DNA from: an uncultured Gammaproteobacteria bacterium
Lineage (GTDB): Bacteria; Patescibacteriota; Patescibacteriia; UBA9934
Assembly: GCA_964613815.1 (NCBI GenBank)
Contig: CAZTKG010000001.1
Location: forward strand, 200,895-264,894
Direction: 5' to 3'
Length of the DNA: 64,000 nt
Part shown: in pieces, positions 19,251-29,006 of the stretch
Layout of the letters: each line of letters starts with the position of its first letter
How positions within the stretch are numbered: the stretch's first letter is position 1
Program-made: the position numbers and the translations under genes
The notes under the pieces: generated by a model
Databases searched by the model: none
Seen by the model: only the letters and a program-made list of their open reading frames with translations
Told to the model about the DNA's origin: nothing

Positions 19251-21302
19251 CTACTCTCCTGTCTTTTTGATCGGTGGGAGGGGTGAGATCTCGCCGCTTG
19301 GCCTTGACTTGGCCGGCGCAGCATTGCTCGTTTCAGACCTTGGTCGGCGATCTTCTTCTGGCTTTCGGCGTCTTCGGCGGCGCTTTCTTGGCTGTCTGCC
19401 CGCAGATTCTGATGAAGTCTGTGGCGACTTTTGATCCTGCTCTGGTTTTTCTTCCTGTTTTAGCACCGCCTCTTTTGGCCTGGGTTTTTCTTGGTCAAAT
19501 TTAAGAGGAGTTGGTGCATCTACAGGCCTTGATTCTTGTTTTGCGACTGGCTTTGATGTGGGCACCTTTCGAGGCTCTTTGCGCTCTTCTTTCTTATCTG
19601 CTGGCGCTGCTAATGCGGAAAGTGAGATACTCTCCCCCACTTTTCGCTCGATCGGCTTGCTGTTTTCGATCTTTGGCTGTGGAGCTAGCGCTGGACGGTC
19701 CTGTCGAGGCGGTCGATCGTTTCGTGGTCGATCTTCTCGTGGTCGATCCTGCCGGCCCTGATCGCTGCGCGGAGGCTTTTGATCTCGCCCTCGATCGCGT
19801 CCGCCTCCGCCCTTTCGCCCCTTTTCTCGCTCTGCCTTGATTTTAGGCATGCAGTCTTCGCAGTAGATTGGCCTTGATCTGTCGAGTTCAACCGGGAGCT
19901 GGAAGTTCTTTTTGCATCCTGAACAGTCGTACGCGTGCCCAAAGCGCTGCTTCTTCATCTCCTTCTTCTTTGTTTTTGCCTTGGCGTATTCGTCGTCCAA
20001 GTCCACATCTTTTCCAAAACCACTCCAAATAGCGACCTTTTCTTCGATCTTGGCTCGCGGCGTCGTGTAACGCTCGCGTGACTGAGCAATGACCCGCTCT
20101 TCCGAGCCTGTCTTTTGTGCGATTGGTGGGAGCGTTGCTGCGGAGAACGGCTGCGATGTGACGCCATCGATCATTAATTTAAGATAAATGTTGAACTTTG
20201 GGAGGTTGATGATGTCCTCCGGTGTGAACCGTGGGAGGAATTCGTCTTCCATGAACTTTGCATCTGGACCACCCACGCGGAATGCAATCAGGGTCCCGAC
20301 GTTTCCAAATACTGCGTCTCGCACCTCTTCCGTGAGTTGTGCGATATACTGGTGCGCCATGACAAGGTTGAGTTTGTATTTTCGCGCCTCAGATAAGATT
20401 GATGCGAATGACTCAACAGCAAAGTTTTGAAACTCATCAACGTAGAGATAAAAGTCTGTTCTATCATCTTTTGCAGTGTCGACACGTTCCATCGCGGACA
20501 TCTGGATCTTGGTGATAAGCATTCCTCCAAGGAGGCGAGACGCGTCCTCTCCAAGTCGCCCCTTTGAAAGGTTTACGATGAAGATTTTTTCCTCGTCCAT
20601 GATCTTTCGAACGTTGATGGAGGAATTTGCTTGCGCGACAATGTTTCGAATAATTGCTGCGGACAAAAACTGACCGACCTTGTTTTGAATCGGCGCTACC
20701 GCCTCGGTGGCGAATTTTTGTTGGTAGGAGGCGAACTCTTTGACCCAGAATTGTTTGACAATTGGATCTGTGACATTTGAGACGATTTCTTTTCTATAGA
20801 CCTCGTCTGAAAGCATGCGGTTGATGCCGAGGAGGGTTGTTCCAGGGTTGTCGATAAGGGCAAGAATGGCGTTGTTGAGGATGTATTCCATTCGTGCAGA
20901 CCAGACGCCTTCCCAGATTTTTTTGAAGACACTCATCATGCCCGCTGCGACGAGATGCTTCATGTTGGCGTCGACGGATTCGAGAATGTTGAATCCGACT
21001 GGATGTTCCAGGTCGCCTGGATTGAAGTAGACGACGTCGTTGATACGCCAGGATGGGATGTAGTCGAGGAGGAGCTCTGCCGTGTCTCCGTGTGGGTCGA
21101 CGTATGCACAGCCGTGGCCGGCGTAAATATCGGACAGGATCATGTTCTCGAGGAGCGTCGTCTTTCCCATGCCGGTTTTTCCGATGACGTAGGTGTGACG
21201 GCGGCGATCATCTGTTTTAATGCCAAATTTCCGCAAGGAGTTGCGGAAGTTTGTTTTGGCAAAATAGATAATGTCGTCTTCGTGTTCGTGCGGATATTGC
21301 AT
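19251..21302 (-). CDS. VirD4/TraG/TrwB-like ATPase with CxxC-x17-CxxC domain and disordered tail
   Basis: Walker A GKTGMGKT, Walker B LYVDEFQ, SEARKY, AHQY; CSGC...CEDC. Confidence 0.88.
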   Translation of the reverse strand: MQYPHEHEDDIIYFAKTNFRNSLRKFGIKTDDRRRHTYVIGKTGMGKTTLLENMILSDIYAGHGCAYVDPHGDTAELLLDYIPSWRINDVVYFNPGDLEHPVGFNILESVDANMKHLVAAGMMSVFKKIWEGVWSARMEYILNNAILALIDNPGTTLLGINRMLSDEVYRKEIVSNVTDPIVKQFWVKEFASYQQKFATEAVAPIQNKVGQFLSAAIIRNIVAQANSSINVRKIMDEEKIFIVNLSKGRLGEDASRLLGGMLITKIQMSAMERVDTAKDDRTDFYLYVDEFQNFAVESFASILSEARKYKLNLVMAHQYIAQLTEEVRDAVFGNVGTLIAFRVGGPDAKFMEDEFLPRFTPEDIINLPKFNIYLKLMIDGVTSQPFSAATLPPIAQKTGSEERVIAQSRERYTTPRAKIEEKVAIWSGFGKDVDLDDEYAKAKTKKKEMKKQRFGHAYDCSGCKKNFQLPVELDRSRPIYCEDCMPKIKAEREKGRKGGGGRDRGRDQKPPRSDQGRQDRPREDRPRNDRPPRQDRPALAPQPKIENSKPIERKVGESISLSALAAPADKKEERKEPRKVPTSKPVAKQESRPVDAPTPLKFDQEKPRPKEAVLKQEEKPEQDQKSPQTSSESAGRQPRKRRRRRRKPEEDRRPRSETSNAAPAKSRPSGEISPLPPIKKTGE

Positions 21303-21308
21303 AGGCGT

Positions 21309-22898
21309 CTACATTGGCAGATTTGTTGGCGTAGCTTGATCACGGTCAACTGGCTCGTCGCTAATGTCGAGTCCCGGAGGGAGCGGAGCTGGCATCCCTA
21401 CTTTTGGCATCCCTACGTGATCCTGCCTTGACTCTGGTGATTTCTTCTGGGCCTCCGCAATATCTTCCGTTTTGACCTCTTCTTGTTCTGAAGGACCTGT
21501 GGGCGCAGAAGGTGTTGGGACTGTCAGAGGACCTGATCTTACTCTTCTTTGCTTTTGCTTCGGCGCATCTGTTGGTGCCGCGTCTACATTTGGTAGCGTT
21601 GGAACGTCTTCCCCAGCGAAATCGAGATCCACAGGTGGCTCTGCGCGTCTTGCGCCAGTGACACGTAGGACAGGTGTTCGCGCGTCTGCTGCTGGGAAGT
21701 GGAACATGGTTGCAAGCTCTTCGCATGTGAGGATGTATGGCGTACAACCTGGACTGAATGAACGGCTCTGATAGCGCTTTGAGATCGTGCGCTGACGACC
21801 CGGCATCTGCCACTGCATCCAGAAGTAATCGTCTTTTGTGGTTGCTGGAACGTGGATGCCGAAGTTGTTCCAGCCCATGTGACGGTATTGGTGGAAGTAG
21901 CCTTTTGTCATGGCGGCGATCGTCCCTTTTCTGAATTGATCTTTGCGCGCCCAGTAGACAAACCGAACTTTTGACTTCCATCCGAGGGTTTCTAGCTTCT
22001 TTTGGATGCCATCGATCTCCGTCCGTTCTTCTGGCGTGATCTTGAACATTTTGAAATTGTCCTCTTCCGCACCACCCTCGCTTCCCGGCAGCTTAATACC
22101 AAGTGTATCTTCTAGAATCCCACTGACTAACCAGCCTATTGTTTTCTGATAAAATGACTTCTTTTTCTGCTTTGCCTTTCCATATAAGTCGTCGATTCTT
22201 TCGGCCCCCTTGTCCCGCCAATGCTGCTCGTTTGGCTGCATTATGATGAGCTGCATCCAATAGTGCTCGTGGGACTTCATGCGCCCCATTAACTCGAAGA
22301 GCGTGAGCATTGGGTCCTTGAATCGGCCGTCTTTCTCGCCTTGATGCTCGAACATCTCGTACGTCTTGATTGGGAGATAACTAGGCTTTCGAAGCACCAT
22401 CTCTGATCCGAAAAGATCGTATTCCTCTTGTGGCCATTCGGTTGGGATCTTTTTGGTGTAGTCTTCTACTTCTAGGAACTGTGCCTCTGGGTACTGTGCG
22501 TAGAACGCCCCTTGAATGAGGTCAATGTATTTCTGATCAGTTCGAACGTAAAAGCGGATATCTCCTCCGCTACCAGCGATTTCAAATGAAAATATTGCTT
22601 GAAATTTTCCATAGAAATTTGCCTCTTTCCAGGTGATGGATGACTTACTTCCAGCAATTTGCTTGAAGAAGTTTACCATTCCCATTGGGGACTGCATGGA
22701 ATCTGGCGGGACGTGGATTTCGTAGAGATGCCACTTGCGCTTCATGGCAAACTGATCCTGCTTTCTGCCGACCCAGACCATCCAGAACCCCTTGAGCATG
22801 ACCCAAAAAATCCCGACTGGGCCTAGGATGAAAAGCATGTATGCCAATATGACTTCTACTGGCGTGGAGATGAAGTAGCTCTTGATGAGTTCAAACAC
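21309..22898 (-). CDS. Conserved membrane-anchored partner of the coupling-type ATPase
   Basis: N-terminal TM, FSFEI, AQYPEA, YLPIKTY, EELATMFHFP motifs typical of this CPR gene pair. Confidence 0.75.
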   Translation of the reverse strand: MFELIKSYFISTPVEVILAYMLFILGPVGIFWVMLKGFWMVWVGRKQDQFAMKRKWHLYEIHVPPDSMQSPMGMVNFFKQIAGSKSSITWKEANFYGKFQAIFSFEIAGSGGDIRFYVRTDQKYIDLIQGAFYAQYPEAQFLEVEDYTKKIPTEWPQEEYDLFGSEMVLRKPSYLPIKTYEMFEHQGEKDGRFKDPMLTLFELMGRMKSHEHYWMQLIIMQPNEQHWRDKGAERIDDLYGKAKQKKKSFYQKTIGWLVSGILEDTLGIKLPGSEGGAEEDNFKMFKITPEERTEIDGIQKKLETLGWKSKVRFVYWARKDQFRKGTIAAMTKGYFHQYRHMGWNNFGIHVPATTKDDYFWMQWQMPGRQRTISKRYQSRSFSPGCTPYILTCEELATMFHFPAADARTPVLRVTGARRAEPPVDLDFAGEDVPTLPNVDAAPTDAPKQKQRRVRSGPLTVPTPSAPTGPSEQEEVKTEDIAEAQKKSPESRQDHVGMPKVGMPAPLPPGLDISDEPVDRDQATPTNLPM

Positions 22899-22941
22899 AA
22901 AAGGCGCTTGGTTACTTGCGCCTTATTATATCACAGCTTGG

Positions 22942-23844
22942 TTACGATGATTTCTTCGACGACTTCTTCTCCCACCAAACAAGGAGTGGACTTGCAAGAA
23001 ATAGAGAAGAGTATGCTCCGGAGAGGATCCCGATTATCAGCGCAAGAATGAATGATCGCGTTGTTTCTCCGCCGAAGAGGAAGATCGCGACCAGTACGAG
23101 TAAGGTTGTTACCGAGGTATTGATTGATCGAGCGAAGCTTTGCACCACTGACCTGTTTACAATATCTGCGAATGAGATATCTCGGTAACGATTGCCGATG
23201 AGGTTTTCTCGGGTTCTGTCGAATACTACGATCGTGTCGTTGATGGAGTACCCCATGATCGTGAGCAGCGCCGCGACGAATGCCGTGTCAACCTGGAAGC
23301 CGTAGAGGTGACCTAGGACAGCGAATGCGCCGATTGGGATAATGACATCGTGCACCGCTGCGACAATCGTGAGCAGCCCGTACTTCCATGAAGCGACTGG
23401 CTTTGAGACTTTTCGAAAAGCCCATGCTACGTAGAGGACGATTAAAATGAGGAGGAGGGCTACCGCAGAGATCGATGACTGGCGTAGCTCTTCGCCGATG
23501 ACTGGACCTACTGATTCGTATCGGAGTTCGTCAACTGCGCCAAATGAGGACTCTAGGGCGGCCAGGACATTGTCGTGGTCGTCTTGTGTGATGTTGCCGA
23601 ACCTTAGAATCGCCTCTGTTTCGCCAGATGCCTGCACGGTTGCCGGATAGCCGATGTTTTCTACTGTTGATCGGATCGTTGTGATGTCTACTTCGGATTC
23701 GAATGCGACCTCTAGAATACTTCCGCCCGTGAAGTCGATCCCCATGTTTAGGCCGAATGTTGCGATCGAGAAAATCGATAGCACGATGAGAGCAACCGAT
23801 ATGGTCAGCCAGGTTTTTGTGTTTTTGATTACCGCGATTGCCAT
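22942..23844 (-). CDS. secF: Protein translocase subunit SecF
   Basis: GIDFTGG, VGPVIGEEL, GYSINDTIVVFDRTRE. Confidence 0.96.
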   Translation of the reverse strand: MAIAVIKNTKTWLTISVALIVLSIFSIATFGLNMGIDFTGGSILEVAFESEVDITTIRSTVENIGYPATVQASGETEAILRFGNITQDDHDNVLAALESSFGAVDELRYESVGPVIGEELRQSSISAVALLLILIVLYVAWAFRKVSKPVASWKYGLLTIVAAVHDVIIPIGAFAVLGHLYGFQVDTAFVAALLTIMGYSINDTIVVFDRTRENLIGNRYRDISFADIVNRSVVQSFARSINTSVTTLLVLVAIFLFGGETTRSFILALIIGILSGAYSSLFLASPLLVWWEKKSSKKSS

Positions 23845-23845
23845 A

Positions 23846-25870
23846 TTATGATGATTTCTTTTGGGACTCGCTCACTCCGTATAGCCACGTGGACTTCCCT
23901 ACCTTGAATGAACTTGTCCATTTTAAGAATACGCGCGTTACCAGGATCGCAGTGAGCATTGAGATAATAATTCCTACTGCCAGCGTTAGTGCGAAACCTT
24001 TAACAAAACTTGTTGCCATTGAAAAGAGAACGATGGAGGCGATAAGGGTTGTGAGGTTTCCGTCACGAATTGATGTCCATGCTCGGCGGAAGCCTTCGTC
24101 GATCGCTGTTGGGAGGTCTCTCCCGCTCTTTAACTCCTCTTTTAGACGCTCGAAGATCAGGACGTTGGCGTCAACCGCCATTCCAATGGAGAGAATGAAC
24201 CCTGCGATTCCTGCGAGGGTTATCGTGACACCTAGCCATTTGTAGAGTGTGAGGTTGATCGCGCTATATACGAAGAGTGCCATTACTGCCAGAAGACCGC
24301 AGAGTCTGTAGTAAGCGACCATAAAAATCGCGACGAGAGCGAAGCCAATCATCGCTGCCTTTAGGGACCGTTCTAGCGATGTTGCACCAAGGGTTGGGCC
24401 TACTGTTTGCTGACTGACGAGGTCGATAGCTACCGGCAGCGCACCTGCGTTTAGGCGCATTGCGAGTAATTTCGACTCTTCTAGCGTGAAGTTTCCGGAG
24501 ATCGTTGCTTGGCCGCCGTAGATTGCCTCTTGGACGACAGGGATCGAGATCGGCTCTCCGTCTAGGAAGATAGCAATAACTTCCCCAACGCGTGATTCTG
24601 TGAGTTGCTGGAACAGCTCTCCACCCTCCGCATTGAAGTCCATGACAACATATGGAAGACCTGTGTTTGGGTCAAAAGCTACTGATGCTTGATTGATGTG
24701 TTCTCCTGATAGCTCTGTGTTTTCCCAAGCTGCGTCGCCGCCGATAAGGTCGAGAATGGTCGTCCACGGCATTTCGATATGGGCGATATTGTAGGTATAG
24801 ATCGGGCTGGATGATTGACGGTAGATGATGTGATAACCGAAGTCTGTTTCGATTACGCCTGAGATTGATCCGTCTGAGATGGCAAATAATGCATCCTCGA
24901 AGTCTTGGACCATTTGACCTCTCTGAACAAGACCTAAGCTTCCTCCATCTTCTGCACTTGGGCCGTCTGATTTTTCTGTTGCGGTTGCGGCGAAATTTGC
25001 TACTGACACGTCACGCGCGATTTCTTCCGCGAGGAGCTGAGCCTCTACTTTTGAACGGTCGTTGTCGCAGCGCAATGACTCTGCGTGACACACGAGGATA
25101 TGCGAAGCCTCGATTGCAGCATCCTCGACTCGCTCCGTGTAGTTCACGATGTGCATTGAAGAGCCTGACTCATAGAGACCGTTAATGACTCCCGGCTGGA
25201 TGTTTTCTGTCGTGATTTGATTGATGAGCTCTCCGAAAATCGGGCCAGCGTTGTCTAGGTTTTCGATGATACCACCCTCTAATGAGGTTGATCTATCGAT
25301 TGAAAATTCATCTACCAGTGAAGAGAAGTCTTCTCCTGCTAGCGCTCTGTCTAGAACCGCAAGAGCCGATGCTTCTTCTGTGATGTTTGCTGTGTCGATG
25401 ATTGATTGCTGATCCTCTGTAGCGAGTACCTCAGTCTCTCTTGGAATTTTGAATTCAAGGATTGGGGTTTCGCCTATTTGAGCGATTGCCTCTGAGACGT
25501 CGAAAATACCTGCTAGCTCGATGATGATGCGATAATTACCGCCGCCGAGCTGGGTCTGGACGAGCGGTTCTGCGACACCAAATGCGTCTACGCGGCGTTC
25601 GATGACGTCTCGGACACCTTCTAGCGCGCTCTCTCGTTCGCCCTCGTCGATCGCAGACATGTCCGCGTCGTAAACGAGATGAGCTCCGCCCTGGAGATCG
25701 AGTCCGAGCTTGAATTCCTCCTCGTTCAGCGTAACTGCCGGGATGCCGATCGCGTTAAAGAACGTGTTCCACGTCTTTGGGAATGCGATAGATGCAGTAA
25801 ATAAGAACAGCAAAACGATTGCTGCAACGCCTAAGTTTAGGTTTCTTTTTGAAGATTGTTTTTTTGCCAT
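23846..25870 (-). CDS. secD: Protein translocase subunit SecD with inserted parvulin PPIase domains
   Basis: LGLDLQGG, LNAGALP, GMAVDANVLIFER; insert ASHILV...GGSLG...TDFGYHII; start at MAKKQ. Confidence 0.93.
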   Translation of the reverse strand: MAKKQSSKRNLNLGVAAIVLLFLFTASIAFPKTWNTFFNAIGIPAVTLNEEEFKLGLDLQGGAHLVYDADMSAIDEGERESALEGVRDVIERRVDAFGVAEPLVQTQLGGGNYRIIIELAGIFDVSEAIAQIGETPILEFKIPRETEVLATEDQQSIIDTANITEEASALAVLDRALAGEDFSSLVDEFSIDRSTSLEGGIIENLDNAGPIFGELINQITTENIQPGVINGLYESGSSMHIVNYTERVEDAAIEASHILVCHAESLRCDNDRSKVEAQLLAEEIARDVSVANFAATATEKSDGPSAEDGGSLGLVQRGQMVQDFEDALFAISDGSISGVIETDFGYHIIYRQSSSPIYTYNIAHIEMPWTTILDLIGGDAAWENTELSGEHINQASVAFDPNTGLPYVVMDFNAEGGELFQQLTESRVGEVIAIFLDGEPISIPVVQEAIYGGQATISGNFTLEESKLLAMRLNAGALPVAIDLVSQQTVGPTLGATSLERSLKAAMIGFALVAIFMVAYYRLCGLLAVMALFVYSAINLTLYKWLGVTITLAGIAGFILSIGMAVDANVLIFERLKEELKSGRDLPTAIDEGFRRAWTSIRDGNLTTLIASIVLFSMATSFVKGFALTLAVGIIISMLTAILVTRVFLKWTSSFKVGKSTWLYGVSESQKKSS

Positions 25871-25952
25871 ACAAAAGTGGGGGTATTTTAACAGAATGAT
25901 GGCGTGTGGCAAGGGTTTGTGTGGGTTTTTGAAAAAAAGGCTCCCAGGATGG

Positions 25953-26645
25953 TTACTGGGAGTTGATGCGGAACTGGAGTGGATAGGTGACCGTGAGCTC
26001 GTAGGGGTCGAATGTGGGTGAGGTACGTCGAGCCTCACGAACCGCCTTATCCCTGCTTTTTTCGATGTGCGCCCGGGTGTTTTCCGCATTTGCTCCTTCG
26101 AGTAGGAGTGCGTATTTTCTATTCACCCTCTGCACCTCACTTTGACGCTCCCTCCAGACTTGTTCGTCGACCTCTTCTTGATGATCGTCCATCCGAGGGA
26201 AGTGAATCGACTCAAAGACGTCCGCCATACATTCCGTTGCGTCACCCGCCCTGATGTCGGAGCCATACACCCAAGCGACTCGGACACCTCCCCCTTGAGT
26301 TACGACGAAGCGGATCGCTACCGTTGTCACCGTTTTACGTTCGGACTCAGGGTGCATCTCGAAACAGTCGAGAAGTTCCGGCATGCGCGTGATGACGTAA
26401 ACGCTGATGTTTGAGAGCTCTCGCTGCGTTTCCGTATATGGAAACGAAGCTGAAACGATTCCGATCTCTGCAAAGAGAGACCCGACCTCTCCCCAATCGC
26501 GCGTGTAGGATTCGCCTGTTGGGTCGATGAGCTCTTGCGCTGACTTCTCCGGCAGGGACATCCATTTCGCCATCCCCTTTTCTGATGACGTACCTTGAGA
26601 TGCTGCCGCGCTGATGATGAACCAAAAAAGAACAAGAAGATTCAC
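25953..26645 (-). CDS. Secreted protein with AgmX/PglI-like (TonB-C-like) domain
   Basis: Signal peptide; LLDCFE...IRFVVTQGGGV...ECMADVFESIHFP...VTYPLQF. Confidence 0.65.
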   Translation of the reverse strand: MNLLVLFWFIISAAASQGTSSEKGMAKWMSLPEKSAQELIDPTGESYTRDWGEVGSLFAEIGIVSASFPYTETQRELSNISVYVITRMPELLDCFEMHPESERKTVTTVAIRFVVTQGGGVRVAWVYGSDIRAGDATECMADVFESIHFPRMDDHQEEVDEQVWRERQSEVQRVNRKYALLLEGANAENTRAHIEKSRDKAVREARRTSPTFDPYELTVTYPLQFRINSQ

Positions 26646-26665
26646 TGTCCCTCCGTTTTGTGCTG

Positions 26666-27004
26666 TTAGTGAAGCTTTCCGCCGAGCGGGACGTCCTTGT
26701 CTGTGGAGACGAGGATGCAGTCGCCGTTCGTATCGGCAAATCCGAGCGTGAGGACTTCAGACTTGTGTTTGCCGATTTGGCGGGGCTCAAAGTTTACTAC
26801 GCCGAGGACGAGTTTTCCAATGAGCTCTTCGGCGGCGTAGTTTGGCTTGAGTCGAGCTAATGACTTTTTCTTGCCGAGATCTGGGCCGAAGTCGATGATT
26901 AGGATGTGTGTTGAGAAGCGGCCTTCTGGGAAGTCTGTTGATTCGAGGACTTTGCCGATACGGATGTCGACCGCCTCGAATTGGTCGAATGTGATTGTTT
27001 GCAT
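26666..27004 (-). CDS. csaA: CsaA/Trbp111 tRNA-binding OB-fold protein
   Basis: DIRIGKV, IDFG, VVNFEPRQIG, SEVLTLG. Confidence 0.85.
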   Translation of the reverse strand: MQTITFDQFEAVDIRIGKVLESTDFPEGRFSTHILIIDFGPDLGKKKSLARLKPNYAAEELIGKLVLGVVNFEPRQIGKHKSEVLTLGFADTNGDCILVSTDKDVPLGGKLH

Positions 27005-27025
27005 ATGCGTGTTGATGCCCTGCAG

Positions 27026-27138
27026 CCACCCTGAGGATAGAGAGACCTTGCTCTCTGACGGAAGGATCTCTTGGCATGGCAGTGCCGCGCGGTGGGGGAT
27101 CCTTCCGTCGGGGGCGATATTCCCCCTCCTCAGGATGG
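27026..27138. repeat. REP-like family B inverted doublet
   Basis: CCACCCTGAGG-hairpin-TGACGGAAGGATC...GATCCTTCCGTC-hairpin-CCTCAGGATGG. Confidence 0.85.
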
Positions 27139-27165
27139 GAGCTGATAAGGGAAGGTGAGGTGGTA

Positions 27166-27609
27166 TTAAGTGATGTTTGGCTTGATGAACGGCCGCGTGA
27201 GATCGATGTCTCTTTGGAGCATCGAGTGGAGGGGATCTGGAAGCTCATCAAACGGAAACCAGCCCAGTTCTTCGATTTTGTGCGGCTCGCCGTTCGTGAC
27301 ATCTGCTGGGTCGATCTCTACGGCGTGCGTGAGGGCTATCCAGTGGGTTTGCTGGTCTTGATGGTTGCGCAGGACGTTGTTTGCGCCGGCGAAGACGACG
27401 TTTTTTGGCGTTGCACCGTATTCTTCTTTGATTTCACGATGGAGCGCTTCTTCGAAGGTTTCGCCGTGCTCCAATCTGCCCCCGCCGCAGTCCCATTTGC
27501 CGATTTCGTCTCGGCAGTTTGCGGAGCGTTTGTGCATGAGGACGTTGCCTTGGCCGTCGTGGCACATAAATACGACGGTGACGCCGATGTGGTCTATTCC
27601 TACTTTCAT
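27166..27609 (-). CDS. NUDIX hydrolase
   Basis: Nudix box GGRLEHGETFEEALHREIKEEYG. Confidence 0.9.
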   Translation of the reverse strand: MKVGIDHIGVTVVFMCHDGQGNVLMHKRSANCRDEIGKWDCGGGRLEHGETFEEALHREIKEEYGATPKNVVFAGANNVLRNHQDQQTHWIALTHAVEIDPADVTNGEPHKIEELGWFPFDELPDPLHSMLQRDIDLTRPFIKPNIT

Positions 27610-27610
27610 A

Positions 27611-28165
27611 TCATGCATCAAATGTGATTCTCTTCATTTCTCGCCACTTAATCCCCTCGTCTTCGTAGATATCGCCTGCATGGCCCTGATATGTGTCAGA
27701 TGCCTTATATCCGAGCATTTCTACACCTTTCATAACCTCTTGTTCTGACGCTCCCTCGATTTCGATGAATGGAGCTAACATTGGCCATTCGTCAAGATCA
27801 AATTGCAGGCTACCTAACTCGTAGCGTGTTCTTTTGGTTTCTTGGTAGGACTTTTGCTCAAGACCTATAGAAATGAGGAAAGTGATAGCTTTTTCTGCGT
27901 TTTCTACAGTGAGTTCTACCTCTTCACAGGTTGCAATTTGGTCTTTTGATGGGATTTGGTGGCATTTGTAGGCCATTTGTATGGTGCCATCGCCAATGTC
28001 TCGCACACGGACCCAGGCGCGAGATGACTCTAGAGGGCGGCCTGGGAAGTCGAAAGTCCAGCGCTTTTGAAGGACTTCTGGGGTCTTTTTTGCGCCAAGA
28101 TCAGTCAATTTCTGGTCTATTTTGGCCTTATCTATGTTGAGAACGCGGGTTTCGAATTCTTGCAT
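27611..28165 (-). CDS. CYTH domain protein (class IV adenylate cyclase/triphosphatase-like)
   Basis: N-terminal EFETR, WVRVR, EEVEL, FIEIEG. Confidence 0.85.
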   Translation of the reverse strand: MQEFETRVLNIDKAKIDQKLTDLGAKKTPEVLQKRWTFDFPGRPLESSRAWVRVRDIGDGTIQMAYKCHQIPSKDQIATCEEVELTVENAEKAITFLISIGLEQKSYQETKRTRYELGSLQFDLDEWPMLAPFIEIEGASEQEVMKGVEMLGYKASDTYQGHAGDIYEDEGIKWREMKRITFDA

Positions 28166-28184
28166 ATGTGGAGATTTTAGCACA

Positions 28185-28218
28185 TCACCCCACCTCGACC
28201 ACGGTGGAGATGGGGTGA
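28185..28218. repeat. Collapsed family A element (single hairpin)
   Basis: TCACCCCACCTCGACCACGGTGGAGATGGGGTGA. Confidence 0.65.
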
Positions 28219-28253
28219 AAATACGTCATGATTACGCTTTTGACCTCTCCTTC

Positions 28254-28282
28254 TTGACAAAATTACTATTTTGTGATATCTT
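28254..28282 (+). promoter_or_regulatory. Sigma70 promoter
   Basis: TTGACA-17-TATCTT with extended TG. Confidence 0.6.
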
Positions 28283-28333
28283 TGTATGTTCCCAAGTACC
28301 TTCCCTGAACTGCGACTGCCCATAGGAGGCAAT

Positions 28334-28624
28334 ATGTTCGCTATCTTCGCCCGCGTCTCGGCCCCGGCCAAGACCCTCGAGCGCGCCAATGCGCTCGTCA
28401 ACTCCGACGCCGCTGACGAGACCGCAAAAGCGCGTTTGAGCCCGCAAAAGCGTGCGGATCTGTGGCTCATGGCCGCGTTATACGCCTTCGCTTCCGTGCT
28501 CTTCTCGCACCCGTTCGCGGGCGCGAACGTCGCTGGCCCGATCGGCGCCCTGCTGATTCTTCCGTTCGTTGAGCACTGCCTGAAGTGCTGGTGGCGGGTC
28601 GACTACACGCCCACTACGAGCTGA
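28334..28624 (+). CDS. Hypothetical small membrane protein
   Basis: GGAGG SD, two C-terminal hydrophobic segments, terminator at about 28649-28678. Confidence 0.65.
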   Translation: MFAIFARVSAPAKTLERANALVNSDAADETAKARLSPQKRADLWLMAALYAFASVLFSHPFAGANVAGPIGALLILPFVEHCLKCWWRVDYTPTTS

Positions 28625-28694
28625 TCCTAGCATCAGCTCGTGGCCGCTCACCCCCAGAAATGGGGGTGATTCTTTTTCTCTTGTTCATGTAGAC

Positions 28695-28723
28695 TTGACA
28701 GAATCTCTTTGCTGTGGTAGTCT
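28695..28723 (+). promoter_or_regulatory. Sigma70 promoter
   Basis: TTGACA-17-TAGTCT with extended TG. Confidence 0.55.
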
Positions 28724-28785
28724 ACGTTGTCGGCCTGGGAAACCTCCCGGCCACAACCTGAGTCCTTGCGGCTCAAGGAGAATAC

Positions 28786-28869
28786 ATGGGCACGATGATC
28801 AACGACGGCGACAACTACGGCGCCATCTGGAACACCTCCCGCACCCGACCCAGCGTCACGCGACGCTGA
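28786..28869 (+). CDS. Possible 27-aa peptide or truncated gene
   Basis: AAGGAG SD then MGTMINDGDNYGAIWNTSRTRPSVTRR. Confidence 0.3.
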   Translation: MGTMINDGDNYGAIWNTSRTRPSVTRR

Positions 28870-29006
28870 CCCCCTACGAGGTCATCCTCGCTCTACCCTG
28901 CTCGGCGTTTGGCCCTCTGCGCCTACGCCGAGTGAATTATTTTCTACGACATTTCAGTGCATAGATGTAGCGTCGTTTGACGGATCATCTGTTCATTGGA
29001 GGTAAA

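Noticed and set aside
25871-26089. N-terminal extension of SecD in the ORF track
   Set aside because: Overlaps the upstream gene and is non-homologous; MAKKQ at 25870 is the more plausible start
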